A stretch of DNA of 64,000 nucleotides, from NCBI GenBank assembly GCA_965208675.1, contig OZ242351.1:3840001-3904000 (forward strand), in the 5' to 3' direction. Source of the stretch: Candidatus Poribacteria bacterium (GTDB lineage: Bacteria > Poribacteria > WGA-4E > PCPOR2b). Shown here piece by piece: positions 62,442 to 64,000 of this stretch (positions are counted from its first letter, which is position 1; each line of letters opens with the position of its first letter). A program made the translations under genes and the position numbers. Below the pieces are notes generated by a model. It ran no database searches, was not told the origin of the DNA, and saw only the letters and a list, made by a program, of their open reading frames with translations.

Positions 62442-63095
62442 ATGAAAATAGTTTGGACTTTAACAGTAGTAACACTTCTGATTACGGTTGCGGGTGCGTT
62501 TGCGATACAATCAACAACCGTGCGGGGCGATTACCTGGAAGCGCGTTCCGTTAGTGTCTATGTGGGCGCGTGTCACGCACAGTCCGAGCTGGTCGAAGGC
62601 GGGAGAGAGGCAACGCTCGTTTGGAACATTCACCAAGGGGAGTGGAACGGTGTCTCACTCGATAATTTAACCGTTGTCACGGTTGTAACTGCAAAGAAAA
62701 ACCTCGAAATGGATTCCGAGAGCCGACGAAGTGTACTATATCTCGACACGGAGACCACGATAGAACAACGCGCCGCGTTGGTTAATCTGATAACCACCAA
62801 ACGCAGTGCGGTTGTAGGAGAAATCGCCAGCACGAAAATTGAACCCATCGAGTTCACCAAACAGGATATGGAATATGAACTTCGAGTTGGCGAAGTGTTG
62901 TCCCTATCCGCGTTGCGCAATCCTTGCGAATATTGCACCCAGCCGCATGAGGTCTGGTACAAGCCCCTGGAAACAATTGACGCCGCCGTTGTCGGGAAAT
63001 CCAATATCTACCGGTATAAGGACACAGTTCTGGCTGTAACGTGGAATCGCAGCGAACCGTCGAACAACATTTTCGTCGGGAGATTCGTTATGTAA
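62442..63095 (+). CDS. Secreted DUF1326-like protein
   Basis: Signal peptide, GDYLEARS..VY.G.C...E, W.I..G..NGV.L..L; promoter TTGACT-18-TATAAT (62318-62347). Confidence 0.65.
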   Translation: MKIVWTLTVVTLLITVAGAFAIQSTTVRGDYLEARSVSVYVGACHAQSELVEGGREATLVWNIHQGEWNGVSLDNLTVVTVVTAKKNLEMDSESRRSVLYLDTETTIEQRAALVNLITTKRSAVVGEIASTKIEPIEFTKQDMEYELRVGEVLSLSALRNPCEYCTQPHEVWYKPLETIDAAVVGKSNIYRYKDTVLAVTWNRSEPSNNIFVGRFVM

Positions 63096-63176
63096 ACTGT
63101 GCCTCCGCCACCATGGAAAAACTTTGTGGGTAAGTTCAACTGGGAGTACCGACGTTCAAGAGGAGAATAGATTGTT

Positions 63177-64000
63177 ATGAGTTCTTGGAGACGCAAATTA
63201 CGAATGGGTATGATAGGCGGGGGCCAGGGCGCCTTTATCGGTGGGGTGCACCGTATCGCAGCCGCGCTCGATCAACAGATCGAACTTGTCGCCGGCTGTT
63301 TCTCACGGGATACTGAAAACACCCGGATTACCGGCGAACAACTTCACCTCTCCGCGGCGCGTTGCTATGCGACCTATGAAGACATGGCGGCGGCTGAAGC
63401 CAATCTTCCCGAAGATGAGCGAATTGACTTCGTCAGCATCGTGACGCCCAATGTCTCTCACTTCCCTATCGCAAAGACATTCCTAGATGCGGGGTTTCAC
63501 ATCATCTGCGATAAGCCGATGACCTACACGCTCGATGAAGCGAAGTCGCTCGCCGATTTTGTGGAGAAGTCGGGACTTGTCTTTGCGGTCACTTACAACT
63601 ATACGGGCCACCCGCTGATAAGACACGCCCGCCATCTATTCCGTTCCGGCGGAATGGGCGTAGTCCGCAAGGTTGTTGTCGAATACTTCCAAGATTTTCT
63701 CATGGTACCGCACGAGAAACTTGGCCAGAAACAGGCTGCCTGGCGGGTTGACCCTGCACAGTCCGGTATCGGCGGCACTATGGGTGATATTGGCACGCAC
63801 TCTGTGAATTTGGTTGAATATGTTACCGGCGATTCGATAACTGCACTGTGTGCCGACAAAAGCACGTTTCTTCCAGATCGGACGCTTGATGAAGATGTAA
63901 ACGCGCTGCTCCGTTTCAAAGGCGGGGGAAAGGGCGTATTGACTGTTAGCCAAGTCGCTACCGGGGAAGAGAATGGGCTGATTCTTCGCGTCTATGCATC
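63177..64000 (+). CDS. Gfo/Idh/MocA family oxidoreductase (3' end runs off the window)
   Basis: Manual translation RMGMIGGGQGAFIGGVHR, IVTPN..H, CDKP, YTGHP, GDIGTH. Confidence 0.9.
   Translation, partial: MSSWRRKLRMGMIGGGQGAFIGGVHRIAAALDQQIELVAGCFSRDTENTRITGEQLHLSAARCYATYEDMAAAEANLPEDERIDFVSIVTPNVSHFPIAKTFLDAGFHIICDKPMTYTLDEAKSLADFVEKSGLVFAVTYNYTGHPLIRHARHLFRSGGMGVVRKVVVEYFQDFLMVPHEKLGQKQAAWRVDPAQSGIGGTMGDIGTHSVNLVEYVTGDSITALCADKSTFLPDRTLDEDVNALLRFKGGGKGVLTVSQVATGEENGLILRVYA

Overview
Bacterial chromosomal window. The organism is probably Candidatus Poribacteria or a relative; this is inferred only from the C-terminal 'VEPxGKLTTTWGxLK' motif on secreted concanavalin/LamG-like proteins. Positions 1-39.2 kb and 56.3-64 kb are mostly core or stable genes. 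They include leuA, a DAHP synthase with a Phe/Tyr attenuator, serA, glycan-related genes, a 2100-aa gingipain/PorU-like C25 peptidase, the tig-clpP-clpX-lon operon behind six tRNAs, ndk, asd, a cobalamin-riboswitch-controlled orphan uptake pair, an ECF sigma/zinc anti-sigma pair and trxB. Positions ~39.3-56.2 kb form a mosaic accessory island with IS3, IS5, IS1595 and methyltransferase remnants. Its best candidate for an undescribed system is a co-oriented minus-strand module: ECF sigma factor, then a GH108 (TtsA/ZliS-like) muramidase, then three tandem translationally coupled pairs of a secreted TIMP/NTR-like protein and a secreted metzincin with a conserved mature N-terminal HCH motif, then an XhlA/holin-like gene. 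The sigma-muramidase head is duplicated 10 kb away, and a third muramidase remnant lies at 39.5 kb. All family assignments come from motifs recognised by eye; no database search was run.
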